From: Catajapyx aquilonaris | Lineage: Eukaryota | Assembly (NCBI GenBank): GCA_000934665.2 | Contig: JYFJ02000077.1 | Location: 186,001-250,000, forward strand | Reading direction: 5' to 3' | Length of the DNA: 64,000 bases | Made by a program: the position numbers and the translations under genes | The notes under the pieces: generated by a model | Told to the model about the DNA's origin: nothing | The model's database searches: none | The model's input: only the letters and a program-made list of their open reading frames with translations | Shown: positions 23,210-35,645 of the stretch, one piece after another | Layout: each line of letters starts with the position of its first letter | Position numbering within the stretch: the first letter of the stretch is position 1

Positions 23210-25265
23210 ATTGCCATGATGTCAAAGACTAAAATGAAAGCAACATTACACGTAGCTAATTAATTGCAGTATGCAGCTCTAATTAATTCAAATTATTCAA
23301 CAGCATCGAGATGCCTCAACCACATGACGCCCCTGAGATGCGAGCATTCCCTTACAGCTCCTGGTCTTTATGATAATTTTGATGCATAAACATAGGAGGA
23401 CACCTACGTACGGATATACATATCTCTACATGCAAGTCGTGAAATTGAATAAAACTAGGCTCGAGTGCTCTGAATATAAAACCGAGGTTCACATTCACAT
23501 GGATTTAGGTCAGTTTCATGCTACGTATAATCCGTATGCATCTTCCTCCATGTTTAGGAGAAACCAAATGCAATAATGTCCAACTGAAGTGGACATGTGA
23601 CGTATGTCACCGGGAGGAAAACAAACCTGATGGGCGTGGCCATCAGAAGCAGCCCATCCGTAAATAACACGGGGCTCAAAGTGGGTCATTTATACCAGGT
23701 CCACCGCAAATGAGGAGGCTATAGAGAGATAGAAAAAAAAATGGGGGAGGAAAATGGGGGATAGGAGTGAGAGAGAGGTTGTGCATTGCTCCTGATTTCT
23801 GAAGTGGAGGAACCTGGTGGAAGAGGATGGGGGAAATCGATCTTTCCCAAATGCATCTCCGGCTGTCTCGCGTTTGCCATCTTCGGGTTTTGTTCGTGGA
23901 AAGGTCAGTTGGTTGTCGGTACCTGAAAAGAAACCATTCTACGTCCTCCCCCTTCTTCCCCTTCCTGCCCTCCCGCCCACCCCAGCCTCCTGCCTGTTTA
24001 TTAAGTCGGCGCTTCCCAGGCGACCTCTTCAGATGGCCTCTCCAACGGGAAGACGAGCGGAAATGGGATTTTAGTCTGTATCGCTCCTATATACGTACCC
24101 CCCCCAAAAAAAGAATCGTAAGGTTTCTCAGACATCAGATTTTTTTAGTCGCTAGGAAGTTTGCAGTGTACAGAATTTTTGTTGCGTCCGAAATATGTAC
24201 TATCTGGATGAAGTTAATCCAATAAATTAATTACAATTGCACCTCAGATTACTACGACATAACCAGTTCAAGGTGACTGAACATGCAACTGCGTAGCTCA
24301 AGAATTTTTAACGATGTCACTGCCTTGCAATTTATTCATGGGATAAATTTTTTGCTTACTCTTAGATTCGCTTTAAAATAAAGGTTAGTGCTCTATGTAC
24401 AGTGTACCTTAACAAGGCTCCAGGTTAATCCTCCGCACATAGCAAGAAATGCATTAGTCATTTTGTAAAGTGGGCACATATACAGAAGCCCACTGCACTT
24501 TTATTTATTTCGGTGCTATAATTGTACATTTGTCTAGACCTGTACAGTGCGTCTGGATAGCTGAATTCCTCTAGTACCAATGTGCGAGTAGCTTCGACTT
24601 TTGCAGTGTTGTACTGTACAGTACAGTACAGTACAACTCGTATCGATTATCCTAAAGTGGTTGCAACCAAGGAGCTTTTCTTTCGTTGCAAAATGCATAG
24701 ATTTCAGGGGCAGAGCTTTGCCCTCTCATGAATGAGCAAGGAGCAGTGAAGGGTCGTAAATATCGCATTTTCAAATATGATTTTTTTGATCCTTATTGAT
24801 GCTGGTGGTGAGTTTCAGTTTGCGTCACAAGCCTGCTTCGAGTTTGGAGTTCGTTACGTGGAGTTCACCTTTGCATGTTTAACTACCGGATTTTGTAAGC
24901 ACACATCTTGATGAGAGGAAGATGAGTTAGACGTGTGAAGACTGTGGGAGGAGACGCCGAGTGTCGAAACATGAATGTTTGGGATTATATGTATATAAGC
25001 AAGCACCAACTCCCCTTCAGCTCCTAGTTGCTGAACCATGAACAAATTACGAGGAGCGTGGGATGTTGCGTTAAGCTTACATCGAGGAATAGCTTAGTTT
25101 GCAGTTGCCAACAATGCCTTCAAATGTATACTTTTGTTTCTAAGTACGAGGTTCATATAAATTTTAATTGCATAATCGAAGGTAACTTACGTACACGTTG
25201 ATAATGTGAATATTTAAACGTACGCTAACATATTAAGTAGCTAATATTGCCGCCAGAAACATCAA

Positions 25266-25468
25266 ATAGCACTGTGTAATTGCTTTAAAATACAATTATT
25301 ACAAATATAAACATACTTGGCCGTTGGATAAACAGACTTGGCCGTATTTCAGATCTCACCACTTTTGACGGCCAAGCAGTCAGGAGAACTTGGCCTTTTT
25401 TTTACAGAAAGGTTTTTGGTGGGATAGCACTGTGTAATTGCTTTAAAATACCATTACAAATATAAACA
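25266..25468. repeat. ~45-bp direct repeat pair flanking a 110-bp spacer
   Basis: ATAGCACTGTGTAATTGCTTTAAAATAC...ATTACAAATATAAACA at 25266-25313 and 25424-25468. Confidence 0.85.
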
Positions 25469-25544
25469 CACTGTAGTATTCTGCTGGCGCAAAAATGTCA
25501 GAAATGGTTAGAAAAGGTAAAATAACTCAATTTTTTTCCTCCAG

Positions 25545-25613
25545 GGATGGTGTCCGGTACTCCCCCTTCTAAGCTGGCTTCAGAACCTTTGGCCGAGGTC
25601 ACCGAGGACACAG
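25545..25613 (+). CDS. Candidate 69-nt symmetric phase-1 exon
   Basis: Strong acceptor tttttttcctccag| and donor CAG|gtaagc; open frame MVSGTPPSKLASEPLAEVTEDT. Confidence 0.5.
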
Positions 25614-28600
25614 GTAAGCCGTCTATCTATTATGGAAGCAGCCTACCCCCAAATAGGCTTACTTGTTCGTTACTCGCTTTGCTGCTACGGCAGTAATTGG
25701 TTTGATAACATCGCGCACGCAAAACACGGGATGTATATTACATCGCTTGACTAGGATTTTTGGTTGGAAAAATAAAGCCTGGATGCATTGCTCTAGTGTT
25801 TGCTAAATGTGGAGGCTTCATCGTGGGGCTTTATGGCACACTGTACCGGATGAATTTCCGTGTATTGTGGGGCTAAATTCGCCACAAAATCCGGGCTCGG
25901 GTAGTCAAGCTCGCAGTGAGATACCTCGCATCACACAGTTATTGGGTTGAATGCTAATTGGCTTATTTTCTGATCGAGGCTTTTGAAATGAATGATTTTT
26001 TTGAAATTGATCGAACTTTGCTGAGTAGTGGTGAAATATCTGTAATAATTATATGATGTGTCTATAGTGGCAATCTGATGTACAGTATCTGTCGATAGCT
26101 TATCGGATATGCTTTTACTGATTGACCAACATGTAGAGCAATGATAAAATTAACTATACAACAATCCCAACCAAACTCGCTCAATGTAGATATATGAATG
26201 ACTACATGTTGGCCAGGCAGTACTTCAAGAGGGTATCACATACCGGTACACTACTCCCAATAACGTAGTATCTTGACATTTCCGGATACAGCGACATATT
26301 TCCACTTCCTTTGAAATTCCATCCTTGCCTTATAAAACTTGCCCATTGCTTTGAAATGCGATCGAATCGCTACAAAAATTCCTTCACAAAAGGCAAGACT
26401 TTTTTCTTCTTCTTCCACCACGACAATCTTTGAGGTGTGGTCGGCTTACTTCCTCTCACTTTGTGTGGGCGGCATCCAATCGAACTGGGGGAACTGCTGA
26501 TGAGAAGAAACCCAGCACTAAACAGGACTTCCTGAACTATATAGGGACCGGTCATAAATTCCACCACTTGCTCCAGACTTTGATGTCATCAAAAATAAAG
26601 ATGAATCCTAGACTTTCTCTCCAACTTTTCCCTCCCACAAAAGTTGGCTCTTATAAAATGCAAAATACTCTCACCCCTGGCAAATTGGCTCATTTGCATG
26701 TCGCCACTACCTGCTGAGATGTTATCAAATAGTGATCGTGTCAGTAAAGCCCGTTAAGGACAGGAATGAAGTCAGGGCCGCAGTGCATAAATGTTTACGT
26801 GAGGTTAATGCACGTAACCAGAATGCCTATTTAGCCCCCTTGACGTCATTAGGAATTTAATGCATCAACTCTCGGCAACACCCGAGGTTGCCTGTCCGTG
26901 AAATTTTCATTACGGTCAGACCCGAGACAGTCCTAACTAGAAACGACAACTACTCCAGGCTCACCTCTTTTTTTTGGTGTCTGCTGCTGGGGGAGAGGGT
27001 TATGAGTAATTAATGGGAACGTCGGGATTAAATGACGTGGATAATGATCCAACACAGGTGTTAACCTAGCCGCTTGGAACATCTTTTTCAAATAGAAAAG
27101 TAGGCTTATGAGTAACGAGGTATTTTTGTAGTGCATGTATATAAAAATAGATTATTTGGTCGCATGTTGAATGTACGTCTTGGTAACCAGGCTAGTGAAA
27201 TGGTAATTATCGAACGGAAACTGTCATTCGGGGAATTGAAAACGGTTGCTCCTTATTTATAGGCTCTTATTCAATACAGTTACCGATGAAATGGGATCGT
27301 TAAGAGAAAGCATCGAGTTAGTCCATTAAATAAAGTGTACGAAGCGGAAAGACATTGATGAACAAGACAAAAATACAATTTTGTCTTATATGTTACATTT
27401 TGGCAAACTTGTAACTGTCGATTTTGGGAGGACAGTGCAACAAAAAGTGCCCCCGAGTGGTTAGTCTCGCTGAAACCCCACCCTAGTGTGACACCATCTT
27501 TAATAATTGACTCCTGCCAGGAAAAGTCTATAGATATGAATTTTAATTTTCAGCGAATAATATATTATAGAAGCATAGTATTTTTCCTTGGAAAACTAAT
27601 AGTGCATAGCAGGCAACTGTCTTCTAATGTATGTAAAAATAAGAAAACCCCAACTTGTGGAATCAATATAAAGTATAGCGAGTTTTATTTAGCTCGTACA
27701 ACATGCAAATCAGATAAGCAGCAATGTTCAAATTTGGAAGTACTGGAAATAGCCTATTTTTTGGTGGCCCTCTTCCCCCCTGGCCTAGCCTCGGATTCTG
27801 TCGTCTCCGGGTACATTTTGCGGGAATGCAGACCGTTCCGGAGGATCTTCCTGATATATTTTGCATTGGAATAAGGGTTAGGTGGTATAGTAGAGAGGCA
27901 TGGCGTGGGAATAGGCTTATCTGGGATTCCCACTAGGGAATTCTCAGTCAGAGGAAACTTTTACGGCTGCCAGATAAGTCTGGACTGCCTGATGTCCCCC
28001 TTCCCAATATCCTACGCCCGGTTTTATCGGGACGTTTACCTTTGGCCAAGTTCCTTTTTTTTTTTACTTCTGAAGAACGATTGAAGTTTTTTGCTTCTCT
28101 GACGCATGCCAGCTGACGTCACGGGTGGAAATGGTGCGCAAAATTGTGTCAATGGTAATGTGAAGTGCGCGCCGGCCATTCCGGATCATGATCCCGTTGA
28201 GTCGCATGATGCGACGTATCATCATGCAAGCTACCAGTAGTGATCGGATTTTCTATGGTATTAGACTTCGGTGTAATACATTCACCCATCCGCATGTTGT
28301 GGTGTCCAATTCCGATTTGCAGGCACATTTCCGTAGAAAAACTGGAAATAGCTCTTATTCCAGTCGCTGCTATTTTTGACACGCAGTTTAAATTCTAATT
28401 GATGTACGTAGCTAAAATTTGATTTGCAATATCTGCATGTGTCTCCGATGGGCGTGTCAAACGCGACTGAACAAACGCCCGTTTTCCCGCCGCGTTTGAA
28501 ACGCTGAAGCCTTCGCTATATTTTGCGGAGAAATACATTTGCCTTCCACATCACGTAGGTTTGTAGCATAATATTTTGCATAGATGCGAGCTACTGATGT

Positions 28601-31600
28601 GGTTCCCAGGTCGACATCTCCTTACAAAAGAGACGGGGTTAGTGACGCTCAACGATGCAGAAACTGATTCCTTTGGGTGCTGTGAATCAGAGTGTAAGTC
28701 CGTGACGATAAGGCAGTTTTTTTTTTCTCAAGATGTTGGAGACAAACTTTGTGGTGCAACTTTGCCATCAGGCAAGTTTTTTTTTCATGGGCCTCCCAAC
28801 ATTTTTTTTCTTTAACATATAACAAGGTCGAAATCTGGAGTCTTCTCCACGCTGTCTGCTCTTGGCGAGGGCATGATAGATGACGAAGCCAAGTTTCGAT
28901 CCACGGAACCTCTTCCTACTTTCCTTGCTTCCTTCCGCACCCTTCTTTTTGGTTTCTTCAGACGTTTATCGTGGCCGCAGGGAAAAAGACGCTCAGGGAT
29001 GTTGGAGCTGTGATGGGGGAAAAGGATGGCGGATATTCCAAGACGGATGTGCAAATGAAAAGGAATGGTTGGGCCCACGTGGGCTCTAAGACTGGTTGAA
29101 TCACCTTTGCAAGTCGGCAGATTTTTTGGGGGAAGGCTTTGTCAAAAAAAGGAGATATCCAGGAAATGATTTATTGAGGGGATGACGTGGGGATTTCTTA
29201 TGTGCTCTCTGGAATAAGGCGTGGATTGAATTCTAGTCTAGAACAATCTCCTCGAACCATGCAAAAATTTTACAGGCTGGGATATTAACATAGTAGTCCT
29301 ATGAATTAATTCAGGAACACTTCAGTGCCTTCAAATGTCTCTATGAGAATTACCTCATGAATAATGCAAAAAGGTGGAATCAGTAATAATTTATAAGAAA
29401 ATGATAATACAGTAACATGAAAAAGTTACCTTATAGCTATACTTTATAAAAGATCAAGAGATCTTACTCTCACACCAGATGATTTATTTATCCAAAATTA
29501 ACCATTACAGTTGTCTGGTGTATGAGCGAAGTGGGAACAGCCATTTTACATAAGAAAAGAGGTTGTCATAAAGAGGGTCCTAAAACATTTATGATTCATC
29601 CACAAACACGATCCAGTCCCTCCTGCACTGACCCAAGCAAATCACTGATTTAGAATGACAATACTCGATGGCATGTATTACGTTATACTCTTCTTCTATA
29701 TCGGAAATTATTTTCTGACAACTCTAAATCACCAGGTATGTTGTGTTTTCGACTGAATCGCAAGGCGCAATAATTCGCATTCAGTATTCCCTTTCAGGCT
29801 CCAGGAAACAACTTTTGTTGCTTCGTGAAGAGTGGCATTATGCATGATAATCGGGTGGAAACCTAACACCCACATATAAAGATCATTTATACACGCAGAA
29901 ACCCTACGATAGGCTCACGTAGGTGGAATTCTGCCTTACATTGAAGCACGCCAATGCAAACTGATCAAAATACATCACATCCAAACTACTGCATATACAG
30001 TACAGCATCAAAGTAATGCGTCATTAATACATTATAAATATAGCAAGGCCATCCTAGCGAATGAATTATTACTATAGAATATACGTATAGTCCTGAAATG
30101 CAATTCCATGCATATTCGGTTTATCAGCCACGTTGCCCTGTACGGTGCAATGCAATGTTTGCCCAGTTGTATAGTGAAGTACTGTATTCTCTTTTCAAAC
30201 CACACGATGGAAAAGTACGGCTCGGTACCACCATGATGCCATAATTATCTCGATCCGTACTTTAGCATATTTATCTTAGAAACTCTTGCATTTTAAAATG
30301 TGGTTGCACTTCCTCCACTTTCGCTCGAGGTTAAACCCAAAGATGTGTCCAACATAATTATCTCTTTCATCCTCCAGCCAAAAGCTTCCTTATTTGATTC
30401 CAGTGCTTTAGCTCTAATTAGGCAAATTTGAGTGCAAATTGAACTGCACTGCCTGAGAGGTTATGATCACCTATCTGGTCCCCCCAGGAAAGGTTCCTCC
30501 TCCACCCAAAAGTCTCCTCAAAGGATGTCATTCAGGGAGGGCAAATATAAGTGTGGCTGGTGGTGGAAATGAAAGTGTAGTAGGTGTCCCTCAAAGTCCC
30601 ATCATTTAGCTTCTGGCAGCTCTAAAAATAATCCTCCGAAGCTTGGAAGCTGCAGTCATAACAAGTTCTGGCTGGTCGGATCGAGTGCTGGGTTTGGTTT
30701 TAGTGCACTTCTCAAACGTGTGACTTTTTTGTTTCCAATTTTGGGTTCAAAAATCCGTGCCCTATGACATTTCGGAGTAAATGAAGGTCTAAATTTGCAG
30801 TTGTTGAAGTACAGGCGTGTATGTGAAGCTGGGGGGTGGCTGAGTGGTGGGGACAAAAATGGCTGTCCACTTGTCACACTTGACACGATGGAATTGATTT
30901 GTAACACCGATGGTCGGTTTTCCGAGGGCAGGTTTCCTCCCTGCATTTATGCGCAGTTATTATCGCTCTACACAAATATTTGCATTCTGTATAATAATTT
31001 GCACTGTCGCTTAATTTCATACTCAGTTTTGCAGTGCCAGTGGGGCGAAATCCTGGAAAGGCAAATGTTAGAATTTCAGCTAATGCAAACATCCTCAGGT
31101 TTATACCCGTATAATCTCTGTTACGTTACGCCATGAAAACACGTAAATAGACTCGGAGCACTTTTTAATAAATTGCATTAACCCTGGAACTGCCAATAGG
31201 ATCAACAGAACACACTTTACTGTAATACAGTTGATTGCATGCCACAACAATGCAGTAAACCATCACAGTTCTTCTTTCAAAATAGTATTACAGTGGCACA
31301 ATTTATTGCAGCCAGGTTTAACGACCGTGTAAGACTGGACCTACACTCCTTTAAACGAGAGAACGATCTGACGTCACACCAGCTGTATTTTCTGAGCATG
31401 CGCAGTTGTATGCTTGCTGAGCGATTCCGGGATTGGAGGGAAGAACCGGGTGGAGGTGGGGCTGAACGTGACGTCATGTCGTTCTTTCCTTTAACAGACT
31501 TTAGGATTTTGTAAGCTCAGCCCATATATGCTTATAACGGAAAAACACCATTATAACAAGTGTCGCCGGATGTAAAATTTCCGGCGAGCAGGTTCCCCGG

Positions 31601-32766
31601 ATGTTGCTTTCCTCCGAGTTACAGCATACGACGTGGCTTAGTAATCTTTTTGCTCCTGAAAATGTTATTTTGGCAAATTGCTCGCAAAAACAGACTAAAA
31701 TTAGAAAGTAAGCATCGGAATGTTTGCGCACCACAGCAACGAAAATTCAGCAGAGTGGTTCTGCATTTGTTCAGAGATTCTTCAATCACTCTTCCAAGCG
31801 TTTGCTATTAGGTACACTCGATCGATGATGTTGATTTAGACGAATGGTCACATTTTTTTATACTAGGTCTATATGGTGGTTCTTCGAAAAGACTTTTGCA
31901 CAACAGCCTCTTTTCTAAGTCGGAGCGTTGAGATGCATAAGGCGATTTGTGAGAGGGAAAAACACACTTCTAGCCCAGTCCTTATAAATACTTGGCAAAA
32001 TTTGAGGATTAATTAGAGTTGCAGCCATTCATCTTTTGATGTGTAATTAAACAGACTAAGGGCCAGCAAAAGGACGGCTACAAGCTGGGGAGCTCTTTAT
32101 TAACCTGGTGCTAATTAACGGTCGTGAGCTTCATTTGCTCTCTGTCAGCCTTTATGCAACGCCTTAAGTCCTACATTCAGGTTTCATTATTGTAGACAGT
32201 CGGAGTATAGTCGCTTGCAAGTCAAGTTGTAAATTGGAACGAAAATATTTATATCTTGTCACGTGATAAACAAAATGATATACTCAACCGGGGAACTTGC
32301 AAATTACACGAATTCAGTAGCAGCCTATTTATTGGAGCAAAACATTAAACAACAATTAACTGAGGAAGAACAAAAGGGATTGACATGTAACTATTGATGT
32401 ATTAAAATGTATCGTCATTAATTATTCATTTCACAAACTCATTCCTTGTTTAATTATGCCCAGACCGATTAATATCGAACTTGAAAATTCGTCTAAAAAG
32501 TGATCATGGTCACATTGTGTTTGACACGTTAATATCCAGATTAAAATAATGTTCAGACACTGTTTGCCAGTCGATTACAAATTGGCACCTCACTGTCACA
32601 ATTATCGTTAATCACCCTGACATGAAATGCAAATGACTGATATGCACTACACTGTATACGCAGAAAATGAAAACCCTATCATGTCAATGAGAGGTGTGCA
32701 CTTATTATCCTACGTACGCATACGAGGGAAGATAAATACAACACATGTGGCAGAGTATATGTCCGC

Positions 32767-32767
<1 letters not shown>

Positions 32768-32839
<72 letters not shown>
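32768..32839. repeat. (AAT)24 microsatellite
   Basis: Perfect AAT array. Confidence 0.98.
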
Positions 32840-32840
<1 letters not shown>

Positions 32841-33574
32841 GTTGGTGTTGTTGCCAGACTGAGCTTTCAGCATTATTAATATCTTGCATAATCTGATCTA
32901 ATTGAGCTTTAGCCTAATATCCAATCAGTCGTCCAAGAAGTACCCTGGGATTAATAAAAAAATAATCTGAATAAATCTTAGGCAAGCTAGACAGAACCCG
33001 CACTTGAATCATGTCCTTACATAATATAAAACTGCATCTGGCTTGCTCGTTACCGCCTCAGATTTCTTAATAACCTCAAAAGCGAGTCCCCCACACGGCC
33101 CTGCACTTGACACGCAGTCAAACGGGGCATCAATATATGATTAGTTTCGGCCTCCAAGTGTCGCTCCATAAAAATTGCATTAAACATCGATCCGCAATGG
33201 TACCCACGTACCCCGTTGCAACCCCATAAAACCATCTCCATCAACCCCCACGCCGTAATAATCCTCACGAAGCGATGCACTCCACACGTGACACCCTGAT
33301 TTGTGTATGTTCCGCGGTGTCCCTCATGATCCATTGCGCTGGAAAGATGGAAAGCCACCTCTCCGCGCACCTCCCCCCCTCTCTCCCTCATTCCCATTTC
33401 AGTCTCCTCCACCCCCCAACACGCTTGAGCCGCTTCCAAACTCCCAGAAGCGAGCTACCAACCCAACTGGTCCAGATCAGCAGAAGCAGACGGACTCGCT
33501 CAAAGACCGATTCTGTGAGACCCGGTGTGATAGCAGCTGGTACAGCAGAAGACATTCACATATGCGTGGGGGTC

Positions 33575-33680
33575 ATGAGCAGTGAGACGCCTTCGAAGGT
33601 GGACAGGCAGGTGCGGAGCAGGTTCTTCAAGAAGTGTAAAAGTGCGACGTTTCAGGTAGACGGGGCTACGTACACTATAG
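33575..33680 (+). CDS. Pde1c: N-terminal coding exon of Ca2+/calmodulin-dependent cyclic nucleotide phosphodiesterase 1 (alternative in-frame ATG at 33347)
   Basis: MSSETPSKVDRQVRSRFFKKCKSATFQVDGATYTI matches the motif FKKCRSATFSIDGYSFTI that I recall from a vertebrate PDE1C long-isoform N-terminus. Consensus phase-1 donor ATAG|GTAAGT. No catalytic exons are visible in the window. Confidence 0.75.
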
Positions 33681-35587
33681 GTAAGTTATGCACATCCGTA
33701 TTGATCAGCTAAAAAGGAAGGAAAGGGAAATGGGACAGAGTATGTGATATGTAGATCAGCATATGTGCAGGTGATATTTCCACGGGGATGTGCAGGAATG
33801 TGTAAAATAGGTGTGGGTTGAGTTATTCAGGGTCGAGTCTGGCGCGCGTATGTATATATAGGGGGTATATTCAAATGAGAAGCAATAACGCGTGGAACCC
33901 AATTGGTTTCTGCCCAAGAGGGAGGTGACACGCCGTTTGGGAACTTTCGAGAGGACCGTGCATGGCGTTATTTTTTTTTAGAATGATGAATGCAGCCTCC
34001 AGGGTATAGGGATGTAGACTACTATGCAAACTACTGACAGAGCAAACTCTATTGGTGTTACACTCTAAAACATGCATGTTCGTGCAGAGCAAGTTATACC
34101 TACATGCAGATGTGCAGGGTGATGAATACATCCTGTTGTTGCTTCCAACTGGTTTCTACTTATACAAGTAGTAAACTTGTTGCTGGAGTAAACAAGTAAT
34201 TTCTTGAACTGGGGGATTGAGCAATGCACCACCTTGTACATTTTGCATAATATCTACAGTTTCATCCTGGCAGAGAATTAAAGAACTTCTTTATTACAAA
34301 CTGGGAAACTGTATTACTTTCAAAGCAGTTGTCCATCAACTTTTCTTGAGTGGAATAAGGTGTAATTAAAAGAACTGGTACAGTTCAATATTGAAGGATA
34401 AAGCACACGTATGCTATGTGAATTTCACGACTATTTCGTGTTAGCTTAGTTACTTTTATTCGCCTAGGCCCGAAGAAAATTCACGCAGTGCAGTTTCGCA
34501 TTCATTGCACATTATTATGCCATCATAAACTTGTTATGCACTTCTGATGTTAGCAAGATATAGCCGCACATAAAATATTCACCTACGTCAAGGTGTTGCT
34601 CAATCGTCATATCCAGGAACGAGTTACTCAAATTTAATTGCTATTATTACCACTGCAGATTGCTAACAACAACAACATTGCCAATTACACCTTACATTGA
34701 TTACATGAATCAAGGACCACAATGCCTACAAGAAGCAGGACGCCCGCTGTGCATTGTATGCATTCTCAACAAGTGTATAGGGTCTACAGTTAATGTTGTT
34801 ATTGTTCCCTGAGCCGATAATGCTTGAAGGATGAAAACAGGATTAAAAATTCATTATCAAACTTTCCTAGAAAAACCAGTGACGCACACTTACACTTGAA
34901 AATGATGCAGTGAAGAGCTGTTAAACAACTACTACATTATAATAATGATATTCTCTAGTAATCATTATGCAGAGCTTATAATAAAGGTGACACATAATAA
35001 GATGTACAAAATTATACTAGTGTTGTGTTGTTTATCCAACCATCGCATCGTGTCAAGTCCTGTATCATAATGTAGGTATAATTGACTGATAATAATTTCA
35101 ATAATATGTCAATTAACATGCAGTAGTACCAGCACGTTGTGTTAATGAGACAATGTATCTACAACGAGGTAGACCTCTGGGGGGATTATCTAAAAGCCAG
35201 ATAAGCTAATTGGCCCTGCTTCGTTGTTCATGTATGAAGGTAACTGACATGGCCCGTTTCAGCACTATCATATTACCAATTGTTAGCACCAATCCTGACG
35301 GATGATTACAATGGTGTGCATGTAGGAGGAAAACCTTTTTTCAGACCTCATGAATTTGATCCAATTACTGTCTACCATGAAGGGTTTTTTTTTTTTCACC
35401 CACCATTGTGAAGAAAAACTGCGCATTGTTGTCATCCGAATTTTTGGATCCATCCTCCCCAGAATTTTTTGCAACTTTTGGCTGCCACATCTGGCTGATG
35501 AGATAGAAACTAAGTTTTATGGGCAACTTGCAGAACCCGGAAGGAAATCGGATCCCAACTCGATGTGACAGGCGAACCGGAGAGCTG

Positions 35588-35645
35588 CCCCCCAGCCACC
35601 CCCTATCTCCCCCCNCCCAGCCACCCCCTATCTTCCCCCCCCCCT
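35588..35645. repeat. C-rich tandem duplication (CCCCCAGCCACCCCCTATCT) x2
   Basis: Two adjacent copies with an ambiguous base between them. Confidence 0.7.

Noticed and set aside
30212..30263. Short hairpin AAAGTACGG...CCGTACTTT
   Set aside because: The stem is too short and imperfect for a pre-miRNA call.
32627..32896. Poly-Asn ORF
   Set aside because: Artefact of the (AAT)24 microsatellite.
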